This document shows positions 1 through 11,664 of a stretch of 64,000 nt of DNA, piece by piece (within the stretch, counting starts at the first letter, position 1; every line of letters begins with the position of its first letter). The notes below the pieces were generated by a model, which was given only the letters and a program-made list of their open reading frames with translations, was not told where the DNA came from and ran no database searches. The position numbers were made by a program, and so were the translations under genes. Source of the stretch: Atractiella rhizophila (Eukaryota); the NCBI GenBank assembly GCA_021432655.1, contig MU271357.1, positions 1-64,000 of the forward strand, in the 5' to 3' direction.

Positions 1-1841
1 CGCAGCGGCTCGCTTGAGCCTGTTATTCCATCATCATTGAGTTAGAACTCCATACGCGGCAAGGATCAAGAAGTTCCGAGAAGGGGAGGAAACGCACCGA
101 AGATTCTGTCTAACGTCGAGGATGCTCGCTCTCATCTTCAGCTGAATATAATACATGACGATGAGAGTGACGACGATCGTCCCCCCAAAAGTGGTCGCAA
201 AGATGATCCGATCCGACGTCGTCTCCGTCCCATCCGCCGAGCTCTCAAAGATGACACCAGCGTAGACGAAGGGGAGTTTCTGGGGCAAGGAGAGGATGGC
301 GGCGATGGTGAAGGCCCAGAAGCCGGTTCCACAGGTCGAGAATATGGCGGTGGTCAGATGAGAGGGGATGGCGGAGTATCGACAGGCGAGCACGATCTTG
401 AATCCTCCTTCGCGGACGATGTGGGCGAGCAACGCCCATTGCATGTTCTTGCGTTCGTATTTGTCGGCTAGCTTCTGGAGGAGCATGAAGAGACTATGTA
501 CGGGGCAGAGGATATCAGATGGGTGGAGAAGGGAGCAGAGAGATGGGGGATGACGCACTAGAAGTTTCCCAGTTCACCAATCAAAGTCCCTGCGGATGTG
601 ATACCAAATCCAATCCACAGACCCCAAATCAGACCGCTATCCACACCAAATTGATGAGTATCCTGGGGTGAGAAAGGGAAGGAGACAGACATGAGGATGA
701 TGATTATTTCGGCTCCAAACAATGGAGGGAAGGAGAGTACGAAGATGATTCCTATCGGGATAGCCCAGCCTCCAGGTATGCTACCCATCAACCCGTATGT
801 TAGACAAGGTACACAGGGGAAGAGAGGGGAGACGAACTCTCTCAGCTTCTCTCCTACTGGTCTTAAGCCACCCACTACCTGATCCTTGTAATGGTCAAGC
901 ACCAGACTGGCTGCGACGATGACGAGGAGACCGAGCCAAATGCCTGTTCACAAGCCATCAACCATCCAATTCACCCATCCATCGCACCACTCGACAAGAA
1001 AAAAACACTCACGAAGGTTCTTCCAAGTCCCAAACTGGCTCTTAAACAGCTTCCCCCACTCGACATCCTTTCCATATCTCACCTTCTTCAACTGCTGTCT
1101 ATACCCAAGCAGCGGGCCTTCCTTGTCGATTTCCTTGTTGCAGAACGTCTTGTACACCTTCAGCTGCTCCGGTGTCAAGGTTGTCGGGTCGATGGGCTCG
1201 TTCGGACTGAAGACGCGAGGGAGTTGATTTGCGCCGGAGAGTGGAGCGTCCGTTGTTGGTGACTGGGACCGCTTGGGGGATGCGAATCCGGCGGTGGTTT
1301 TGAAGGACGGAGGGGCATGGAGGGGATGGGAATCCGGAGGTGGGTAAGAGGGAGATCTAGGCGACGGCGTTCGTGGAACTGGAGAGGAAGGGAAAGGCGA
1401 GAGGTTGCCTCCATGGTTCGAATGGAGATTTGTGGAGGTGGAAGAGACACGATTCCAGGCCGCATAGTTGTATTCTGACGACCGAATGCTCGCAGCATCG
1501 TCCATCCCCCCGTTTCCGTTTCCGTTTCCATTCCCATTCCCCTTCTCCCACTTCTCTCTTTCCCGGTCCCTCGAACCGTCGTATCCAATGTTGGAGTACG
1601 AAGGCGGATAGCTCCCCTGCCGCTCTCTATTCAGGGAATTCATTCGCCGATGGAGTGTCCTTGGCGAAGGGGAGGTGTGCAGCGTTTCCCGCTCGTCGGA
1701 GGCATATGGGTCGGGGTAAGCGCGGGAGCTGGGGTTCGGGGAGAGCGAAGGGGAGGGCGGGGGCCGCGGAGAGGGCGAGGGCGCTGGCGACGAAGCATAG
1801 GGATAAGAATAGGCAGAAGGCGAATATTGAGGGTTGTGCAT
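1..1841 (-). CDS. TVP38: TVP38/TMEM64 (SNARE-associated Golgi, DedA/VTT) membrane protein; spliced, runs off the window start
   Basis: Pro/Ser-rich N-terminus followed by exons with IPGGWAIPIGIIFVLSFPPLFGAEIII, GFGITSAGTLIGELGNF, RYSAIPSHLTTAIFSTCG and LSLPQ, typical of fungal Tvp38. GT-AG introns join the ORF pieces. Confidence 0.8.
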
Positions 1842-3978
1842 CTTTTAAGGTTGGTTGCGAAGTTGGAGGAAGAGAGAATGAGAATGAGCGTGGAGCCGGC
1901 CGGCAGCCTGCTTTGAAGATGAAGATGGTTCGAATGAAGTGGTTCTACCAAAGAAAGAGGCGATGGATGGCTGCTCAGACGTCGTGACCCCGAGGCTCAG
2001 CTGAGAAGGAAACACACCTCGTCCTCTGGAAGGCTAACAGCTCCCCTGGATATTCCACTTGAGTGCTCCCAGCAGTGCCTATATCCTTCGTGCGAAAGCG
2101 ACTGATGAAAGGGAGAGAAATCGTCGCCAAGTGGTCGATGAAACTTGCTTGGCCTTGTTTGCTCCTCGTACAATATTCATCTGCTTCCGTCGGGTTAATG
2201 TCATCGCAATGACACCTTGTTCACCACTGTCCACCCACACGTTTAAACGTGGAGGACTGTCTGACGATGGTGTGCCGTTGCAGATATACAGGAAGGATTG
2301 GAATCTTAAGCTGGTCCGTTTCTCAGCTCAGTGTGACAAAGGCACGTTATTAGGTAGAGCCTTTGGACTATCCAGATTATTCAAGTTGTTCCTTAAATGA
2401 TGATAAAATGCGATGTGTGGGGCACAAGCCGAGGTCTGCTCCAGCAGAGTGCTTGCTGAGCCTGAGCCTTTCTTGACCTTGGATTGAGGATGTTAAGACG
2501 CCACGAATGCCTTGCAAAGATCAAACATACTTCAGGCTACTGATGGCAATCCAGCCCTGAATATAATGAAGCGCCGTGACAGGAATGCTTTGGCTCACTC
2601 TCATGGTGAAGCGTTTTTAGGCGTATTGTCGTGACTACGATTGTGCCCGCCCCAGTATATTTCCGACTCATTTAGGGCTCATCAGTGTCGACCTGAGGAG
2701 TAAACTCATAGGCGATGTCGTAGTCTTGATGCACCAACCTCAAGGCCCAGACATGGCCCAAAACCCCTTTCTTTGTATGGAGATGAATGAATTCATTCAA
2801 GCAGAGATACCCTGGTCGACACCTCTACAATTCGTGCCAGCAGACGCGGCTCATTTCACAGTTGTGAATGCTCAAAGAAGGCAGACAACGAATTCATGCA
2901 AGGATGACGTCGTGTAAATATCTTTGACCACGCTCGTTCTTGCTGAGAGTGAAGAAAAGCACACAAGCCTCCTCCTCTTCCACAAGTCTCGTCATCAGAA
3001 TGTCAGCTTTTGTGACCTCACTTTCTCAGTGGAAGTGTCTCCTGAGAAGCCTAATAATTTCAATGCCAGTCTTATAGGATCCTGCCGAAGATTCGAATTT
3101 ATGAAGACAGTCTCGGCAACCGATCTTGGGAATAATGGAAGACATGTTGTGAGGCTGGTCAGCGATGACTTTTCGGATGGATCAATACCATCTAGCTCAG
3201 ATGGTAAGCTGCCTCTTATCTTCTCGATACCTCGAAGCAACTGATGATGCGACAGATGACGCATTAAAGCTTGGAGCACTTGCCAACATGAGTGTCATCC
3301 TTTGCTTTTCGGCACTCAGCTAATTGGTTGTTCTTGCAAGCCAACCACCGTATTAAAAATCATTACTGTAGCTCGAATTCTCAAAATGACCTTTTAAAAC
3401 TGATGATAACGCGCTGTCAAAGTCCCAAGCCATTGACGGCTATCGACACGAATACACCTTGGTCTCCAGCTTTCGAGCAGTGTCAATTCAGGCTTCGAAC
3501 CACCGAGCGATACCAGGCATTGATGGATATCTGCCGTGCCAGAAGACCAAAAGGCCCCAATTCACCAGCGGTATGGTACAAGAAGAGACCATATCAACGA
3601 CTGGGTTCAGCTCTTATCTTCGTGCACTGCCTCGTTTTACCGGCGCTCTCGAGTTACGGACTATGCGATACAACATTGGAGGCAGATGTTGACGCCCTAC
3701 CATCGGTGTTAGTGTTAGGGATGGAGACTGAGGATGCTCAAGGGTTGATTTTTTAATGCTGAAGCTGCGAGAGAGCAGGCAAACAGGCTTTTCTTCTCCT
3801 CCCCAATGCCATTATTGCTTGATACATTTCGCCAATGCATAACAATACAGTAAAGATATCGTTCTTCAGATAATTGTGAGCCCATCAATGTTTCAGCACC
3901 TCGTCACAAACATGACTGGTTAAATATGGCTTCATTTCATGAGATACACATCTACTAACTCCTTCCAACACCTTTCTG

Positions 3979-5322
3979 CTACTTTTTACCGTCGACGTAC
4001 TTCTCCTTGTATTCTCTTGCAGCTCCTACAATACCAACATCATCGGCTTTGAAGCCCAATCCAATGGCATAGCTGACATCGAACTCGTAGGGGAACGACA
4101 AAACGAGTCGAGTGTCAATCGGGTTTTCTTCCAAAGAGATCAACTTCGCAGCTCTTCATTTCACTCAGTATAAAATAGCAAGGCAGGTTGGAGAGACTCA
4201 CTCTTCACCTCCAACTTGTCGAACAGCCTCGATCTCGTCACCCTAAGTTTACAATCAGTCATCCCTCATGCAAAGTGACTGTTGAGAACTCTTACGACAG
4301 TCAGCGAGTATCCAGGAAGAATGACCATCCTTGAGTGCTTGGGGAACTTGTCGCTAGCTATCTTGCTAGCGTACACCAGGTTCTCGATGACAATTCTTGG
4401 CGTAGTAATGTAAATCTTGGTATCCGGGGGTACAGGGCAAGTGGCAGGCTTTCCATTGAGCGGTTCGCGAATGATGTCGCTCATAAAGCTCGACGTAGCG
4501 TTTGTTGGTGCGCCAGCTCGAGGAGCGACGGTGGGAAGACGCAAGATGACGGCATCAATGAACCCTCTCCGAGTGTACTCATTCAGAAGAAGCTCGCTCA
4601 TCTGATCTGAAGTGAGCAACACATCACTCTCGGTTTATCTAGCCGAGATCTCACAAATTTTCCCGTGCCGTACGCTCCTCCTGGTGTTGGGAGGGTAGTT
4701 TGGTCCACAACTGGCGGCTGTTTGCAAGCGCTGAGCGTTCAGAGTGGCACGTTCAAGGACAGCGTACTAGTGGCTGTCCAAAGACTCCGATTGAGGAGGT
4801 GAATACAAATCGGATTGGTTTGTCCTTTTTAAGATGTCTCGCTTGATCGGCCAATGCTCGCACAGAATCGAAATTGACCTGGTTGGCACCTAAGCTCAAG
4901 CCATTTTTGGACAATGTCCACTTACACTTATCCCAAAGTCGAAGTCCTGCTCGCTACCCCGGCTCATAATGCCGTGACAAGCATAAATAATATCAGGGAC
5001 TCCATAATCAGTTCTGAATAAGGTCTGAAGCTGATCCGCCTTGGTCAAATCTACGGCTAAAGAATGGGTCCGATCTTTCGCCTCTGGAGGGACTTCAGGA
5101 GCCCTGATGTCGGTGATGATGAACTTGGTAGAGGTCGACTCTTTGACCAGAGATTTGATCAACTATACCACCAAAGTCTTCTCAATTTGAAAGCACCAAG
5201 GACAGGGTGATGAGTACCTCCTCAGCGACCCTGATTTTGCACATCAGCGAGGACATCTCCGAGCGATCTATCAGAGGAAACACGAACCATCCAGCAGCTC
5301 CAGTAACCAGTACAACAGACAT
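3979..5322 (-). CDS. NAD-dependent epimerase/dehydratase (extended SDR, D-erythronate dehydrogenase-like); multi-exon
   Basis: MSVVLVTGAAGW Rossmann start, HGIMSRGSEQDFD, FVFTSSIGVFG, YGTGK (YxxxK), RLPTVAPRAGAPTNATSSFMSDIIREPL. ATG at 5322, TAG at 3979-3981. Confidence 0.85.
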
Positions 5323-5703
5323 ATTGATTCTCTTTCGCGCAATGGAAAAATCAATCGAATCGCTTTGGCTTAAAGAGGGAAGAGCGCCGAACGGATAGCA
5401 GGTGCCGGCCCGTGACACCATCTCGCTGCTTTCTTTCACCATTTTGTACTCATGAATACGTGGACTGTATCCGACTGATACTGTAGCCCTGACTAGAACC
5501 AGTTCTGCATCGTTGGTCCTTCCCTTCTTCTTCTCTCCACATGCCAGATCAAATTGTAGACCATGTCTGCCACTGAGAAACAAGGCAAAAAAGCCAGGGA
5601 GACGAAACCATGATTCATATGAGTCACAGCCGTTCATCGTGCATTTTGATCAGCAACTCTCCCATCCATTCTCATTCTTGACATCGACTGGAACCTCAGA
5701 ACC

Positions 5704-6045
5704 ATGTCTGGGCGACAAGGCGGAAAGGCTAAACCACTCAAGTGCGCCGTTTTCTTGTTACCAACCGTAGCTGATTTCGGGATTTTGGAAGAGCACCAAA
5801 GAAGGAGAAGGTTGAGGATGATGAGGAGACCAAGGCCTTCAAGGCGAAGCAGAAGGTGTGGAGAATCAGTCTAAAGAAACTAGGAGGCTTAAGTTGAGCG
5901 GAATAGGCTGATCAACAAGCTATGAAGGAGGCGGCTGGCAAGGTGAAGGACGGGAAGCCACTGGTGGGTGGCGGCATCAAGAAGTAAGCCTTTTCTTTCC
6001 AGTTTCATCATGGTCAATGGCTGTGCTAGGTCTGGGAAGAAGTGA
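5704..6045 (+). CDS. TMA7: Translation machinery-associated protein 7 (small, 4 exons; absent from the ORF track)
   Basis: Spliced reading gives [64 protein letters not shown], the Tma7 signature. Confidence 0.92.
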
Positions 6046-6242
6046 AATGAACCGCGACCGTTGGAGTTCGATTTTGTACTGTTTGATGTGTGCGCTCTCT
6101 AGTTAACATGGCGAAGAATAGATGACACTATACATACACACTTCTTCGGATTGAGAACCACAGAGAGCTGAGAGAAGGTCAGGAAAGAAAGTATGAGACA
6201 TGAACTGGAAGCAGATTCAGAACAGAAATCATAACCATGCTC

Positions 6243-7005
6243 TCAATCGGTGAGTGGCTGATAGTACCTTGCCAGCTCCTTCTTGAACTGCAGTAATCTC
6301 ATCAACAATCTCATCTTCTAAAGATGAAGAATAAAGATGCCTCACCTCCTCAGGCTTGTTCCACAGCTTGGCAGCATCAACATTGAGGGGCGAGTCGTTA
6401 TTAGGTTCTTCATGGACCAAATCAAACTGTTTGTCCTCCTTTCAACTAGGAAAGAACGCACCTCCCAATAAGCTTTGCAAGCTAGTCAGGATACTCGTAA
6501 CGCTCAGCACTGCGCTCCATTCCTCCTTTAAGATGTCCAAACAAATGTGTCCGCTAGCAAGATCGACATTGGGATGATAACAACGAGTGGTGAATCGGAC
6601 AGTGGGCGGTTTGTAAGGATATGAAGCTGGGAAGTGGAGCGAGACACGGAAGGTCATTCCTTCATACACCGTCCCTGAAGCACCTGATATCTTGCCCACC
6701 TACGCTACGTCAGCTGTCTCGTCGCCACAAAAATTAGAAAACGGCAGACCCATTTGAACATGTTGTTATCACTCTCCGGAAAAGCAGAGACACCCTGAAC
6801 ATTCGACATCATCAGTGACATGAGCTCCTGCGCCAGTCTATCGTAAAATTGGGGATATCAGGCACAACGTTGCTGAGGGCTCGAGGCAAGGGGCTGCTCA
6901 CCGTTTGCTCGCCACTGAGCCGTTCTGTTGATCCGAAGAAGATGACGAAGACTACGAAGACTTGAGGTTCTGAGCAGACGGTTGGGGAGCTGGAAATGCA
7001 TCCAT
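6243..7005 (-). CDS. UBC11: Ubiquitin-conjugating enzyme E2-C (UBC11/UbcH10 type); in-frame TAG in exon 1 as sequenced
   Basis: [68 protein letters not shown] (catalytic Cys), EPNNDSPLN. Confidence 0.88.
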
Positions 7006-7391
7006 TCTGGGTATAAAGCTTTGGGTTGAGCAGAAAAAGGCACGGCTTCGCTGTTTGGATAACTTGCACGCGTATTGTGACACGTGATTTAGTCCTAACC
7101 CTAAGACTCGTCCTTCGATAAATACCACTTTGGAGATGAGGCACGAAAGGGGACGGAAGGACGTTTCAAGTCCGCGTAGAGAGTCGCGCTAGTGTGCTTG
7201 TGGAACTTATCCTGGTCCAACGTTCTGCAGTACTCTACAGTTTGCTTCTACTGTTATGACAATTTGTTGACGTGTCCTTGAAGAAGCATCAATGCCAGGG
7301 TCAACATTATCCATTACGCGCAGCGAACAGTCTTTGAAATCGCCCTGAATGCCTACGATAACAAGGATATTTTGAACTTGATACTTTGACT

Positions 7392-9815
7392 TTAGAGCAC
7401 AAAAGCACTTACTCTGCGAATAAGCCCCATATCTTCCTCAGCTTCAATGCCCCAGGTTGAGCGGTAAAATCTCGTCTCTTCAACCTTAGAAGTAATGACG
7501 GTCTGCTTCATCCTAAACCCGTGTCCTTCCCCTGTCATGCAAAGTTTTCAGCTTTGTGTCCCCGAGGGTGTGATAGAGGAAGAATACACACCCTTAAAGA
7601 GAAACAGTGCGACTCTTATTCCTCGAGATTTCAGCGAGTCTCTCATCTCAATGGCTTGCGGAGGAGGTACGACCTGTTCGCGTCATCAGACTTGTCACTT
7701 TTCGAGTGTATGGAGAAAAGAGTTCCTTATCTTCCAAACCCTGCAGCAAGAGTAACGGCGCATTGATCTTCTCGACGTTAAAAATGGGGCTCCTATCCTT
7801 CCACACCTGTGGAACCTCTTCAGTCGTGCCTCCCACCAGCTTGTCCAAATAGCGAGACTCGAATTTATGCGTGTCTTCCGCCAACTTCCTTAAATCACTA
7901 ACGCCGTAGTAGCTAACACCAACACTCCACCCCTTCCAACCAGTTGCAAGACAGGCGAGAGTCGCGAACCCGCCGGCAGAACCCCCAGTGACACCCACGC
8001 GTGAGGCATCGATGAGGCCAACGCGGGACAGGTGGAGCACGGCATTCTGACAGTCCCGAATATCGACAATACCCCAGTTCCCCTTGAGGCGTTGGCGGTA
8101 CTGTTTGCCGTAGCCCGTGGATCCGCCGTAATCGATATCAAAGACAGCGAAACCTCTATGTACAAAATTTGACAAAATCAGCCTCACTAACGCAGTGGAG
8201 GAATCCTAAAAATTTGTACCGAGTTGTAAAATATTGCACGAGTTGAGCGCTGAAACCTCTTCCTGCAGAGGAAGTAGGGCCACCTGAGAACATTATCAGC
8301 GACACTAGAAGAAGAAATGTGGGAAAGTCATACCGTGACAATGTACAATGAGAGGAGGCTTCTCATCCTCCAGACCGATGAATTTCGGATTCTTTGGAGG
8401 ATAGAAGATACCATGACCCTTCACAATCTTCCCACCCACAAGCCCATTGTCTTCAGTGTCAAACTCGATATCCTTTCCGAAAGACACGTAGCTAGAAGCC
8501 AATACCCTGACCTCTTCGCTCAAAATGTCGATGTCATATTCTGGGATAGGCTTCTCAAAGTCATCATCTGAGAAATCTATGGTTCCGATGACCGGAGGAG
8601 ACAAATGTGAAGAAGCTGAAAAGGCGATTGAAGTCGAAGAGATCCGTCGTAACACAGAAAATCGTGCTAAAGAGGGGTCTGAAGCGCGGAAACTGGATAT
8701 TATGTTTCGTTCGGAGATCGAGAACAGGAGAAACATCGATCCCTGTGTAGCGATGAATGTATCTTCGTCTAGTGGAGACCATTCTGACCTAATGTCTGAA
8801 ATGAGAGTTGTGTGTCATTATGGCAAGTGACACTTACATCCCAATTTGCCATGCAGGACCGCAAAAATCATGTTTAAAGCTTTCTTTAGTTACTGCAAGA
8901 ACATCCTTCGTGCCCTCATCCCAGAAGTAGAAGTTATGGAATCCAGAACGGTCTGACAAGAAGACCAGCGTGTTATTGGCTTGGTTGGAATACGGTTTGT
9001 TGGGCATCCAAGCCGGCTGGCTGACGCTTTCTTGATCTCCAAGTTGACCAGCAATCTTTGTCGGATGCTCCTTCCAAAATGATTGTCCAGAATGCTCCTT
9101 CCAAAACAGATGCCCTGGAAATAGTGTCGATACAGCCCCAACGAAGAGCTCGCTTCCTTCGAACGGCATATCTGGGAAATTCCAAGAGACATAAGAGACA
9201 AGACGCCCGTCTGGAGACCAGCGTGGATAAGTGTAGAAGTCGCGGCCAGACTCAACGATAGTAAAGGAGTTGGACGTGGTATTGATGAGCACGAGGGAGT
9301 TGACCACTTTGGAAGTCGGTGCAGGAATTGTGTGGTCTTCAAGAATGGCGAGCACGAGATGCTTCAGGTACGGGTGGATGTCGAAGTCAGCAAAGCGATG
9401 TACAGTGTTTGCTTCAACACACTTCAGAAGGCAACTAAAGAACTCAGAGAACAATTGGAAACTGACCTTCAAGAATCGTCCTGGGAGGAGACCATTGCCC
9501 CTTTTTTGACCTAAACACCTCGTACACCCCTCCCTCAAAGGTAGTGAATATCGCCCTCCCATCCTCGATTTTCCAGCTACCTCCTCCATACTCATGCACT
9601 CTCGTCCGGATATTCCAGCCCTTTGGTACCACATCTGTTTTCGAAGAGGTGTGAACGATGACTGCCCGGCCACCTTCTTCAGGTCGAGATTGGAGGTGAT
9701 ACACTTGGTTATCAATGTCGACCTGAAGTTCGGGAGTGGCTTCTGAGATTTGAGCTGCAACGGTAGCTGAAAGAGGGGAGGGCCAGGAACCATATGGCTT
9801 TGTTTTGACCTTCAT
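7392..9815 (-). CDS. S9 prolyl oligopeptidase / dipeptidyl- or acylaminoacyl-peptidase family serine peptidase; multi-exon, 3' end approximate
   Basis: PYGSWPSPL N-terminus, PPLIVHCHGGP, DYGGSTGYG, GGSAGG nucleophile elbow, QGLED..VVPP (Asp), GEGHGF (His). Confidence 0.9.
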
Positions 9816-10149
9816 GTTACCAGAGTTAGGATTATGATATAAAGGAAAAGATCAGGCGGGCTTTGTTGCAAGTTGCAATGTGCTCCTCGCGGCCGCTATA
9901 TATGCTGGATCGGATTGTCCGTGTACACTTACATTCTAATATTTCAAATAGTATTTGATGACTCCAAAGATATATATGCCGAATTACAATAATATGGTCA
10001 TTCCGAATAAATAATGGTAGATCTGACAGCAAGATTTACCAGCATTGCACAGGCTCAGAAACAACTTGGATGTCGGACGAGAGGTTTGCGACAGTAGACT
10101 CTTACTGGAGAGTAAGACGTGATCCCCGTTTGTGGTGGAAATTAATTGC

Positions 10150-11070
10150 TTAGTTCCACTTCTCTAACGACAAACCAGCACCACTATACTCCCACTCCCT
10201 CCCCGCTCTCCCCATCTGCAATTCATAGAGGGCAGCCCAAGCCAGAGCCCTCTTTAATGTCCCTCCGTCTGCCGCCTTTGAATCCCCACTTTCCAGCTGT
10301 CGTCTCAGCTCTGCAACAGTCTCCCGTGTCTTCTCGGCAGTTGGAATGCGAGTGAAATTTTCCATGTTCTCAACGGAGAGAGAGAAGCGGTCGTGGAGGA
10401 AGGTGAGAGCTCGAGAAGCGCGATAGGTGACAGCGGAGGAGAGAGAGTCGATAAGACGCGCAGGAAGAGGCAAGGAAGAGGCAGCAGGTGGTGCATGCTG
10501 TGATGTAAATACGGTGTTAGTGAATAATATATGTTTGCAACGAAAGACAGACGAGGATCGGCACAATGTCGCGTTCAATCCGTCTCTTCAGTCCGTCCAC
10601 TTCAATATCCTCTACTTTCTCGCGCTCCGCCTGTTCTCGCAGATCCTCTTCCGTCTCTAACTGCTCCTTCACACCTAGATACTTCGAAATCCATCCCGAA
10701 ATCTCATTACCGCTTAAGAGGTCTCCATCTGTCAAGTGAAGGCAAGGCAGTTTCCCTTGCTTACCGTATTCCATCAAGCCCAACCTAGGTAGCAAATGAT
10801 AGACGTACCATTGACTCCTTGATCGACACTATTACACCATCTTAGGTCCACCTTTCCAAGGAGTCCTTCCAACTTCAAAAACCGCATAAAGGCGCTAGAC
10901 AACCAGTCGGGTGACCAGCCATTCGCATCCTGTGGGCCTAACACCCAGAGTGTTGGCCGCAAAGGGGGATTCACGTAAGCGTCGTTGGCGACATAAGGGT
11001 TGGAAACGGGAGGAAGTAGCAGAAGAGGAAATATGCTGGAGACGCTTTCAAAAGTATATCGCAGAGGCAT
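10150..11070 (-). CDS. Metaxin/Sam35-like mitochondrial outer-membrane SAM complex subunit (putative)
   Basis: IFPL...PTLWVLG...SPDWLSSAFMRFLK...NGKLPCLH..GDLL resembles the metaxin/Sam35 N-terminal domain. Two GT-AG introns. Confidence 0.55.
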
Positions 11071-11664
11071 TGTTGGTTTACGTCGAAAAACAACGTTCAG
11101 CAAGACACTGGTGGTCGCGGAAAATGATCCGAAGTTTGTCTCTTGTTTCACCTTCTCACCACACAATCCTGTCGTCTGGCTTAAAATTTAGCTGATTGAT
11201 TTAGCGGAGAGCGGAACTCTTGGAGAGACCAGAAATATCAAAGTGAGTGCTTCACATGAAAGAAATGCTTAGACCTATGAAGATCCCAAAAAAATATTTC
11301 TTGTCAAGCGACAGACGTCTCGAGTCAACATGCCTAATGGCAGAACTGTTGCGCTGACATTTCTGATGGATCATGATACCACTGATGTTTTCGCCACAAT
11401 CAGTGTATTTGACCTGCAAGAAACTATCCTTTGTGATTTCTGGTCTAATTTTGTGTCGCTGATCAACACCAGCATGACAGAAACATCTCCTTGAACTATT
11501 AGGATGACACTTTAGAGAACTTAAGTCGTTCGAATTTTGTTTAACGTGTACAAAATTTTAGAATGTAGGGTCATTCTGCTCAGTCCCGCCTTCGAGCCAG
11601 CTTGAGCAATGCCCAAGTGTGACGTTTCTATGATATCCACCTCACTAATACGATATCCTACAGA

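Noticed and set aside
6243..7005. Genome-wide TAG reassignment as an explanation for the UBC11 stop
   Set aside because: TAG is a normal terminator elsewhere (SAM synthetase, epimerase, SRC1), and I found no other in-frame TAG in conserved exons.
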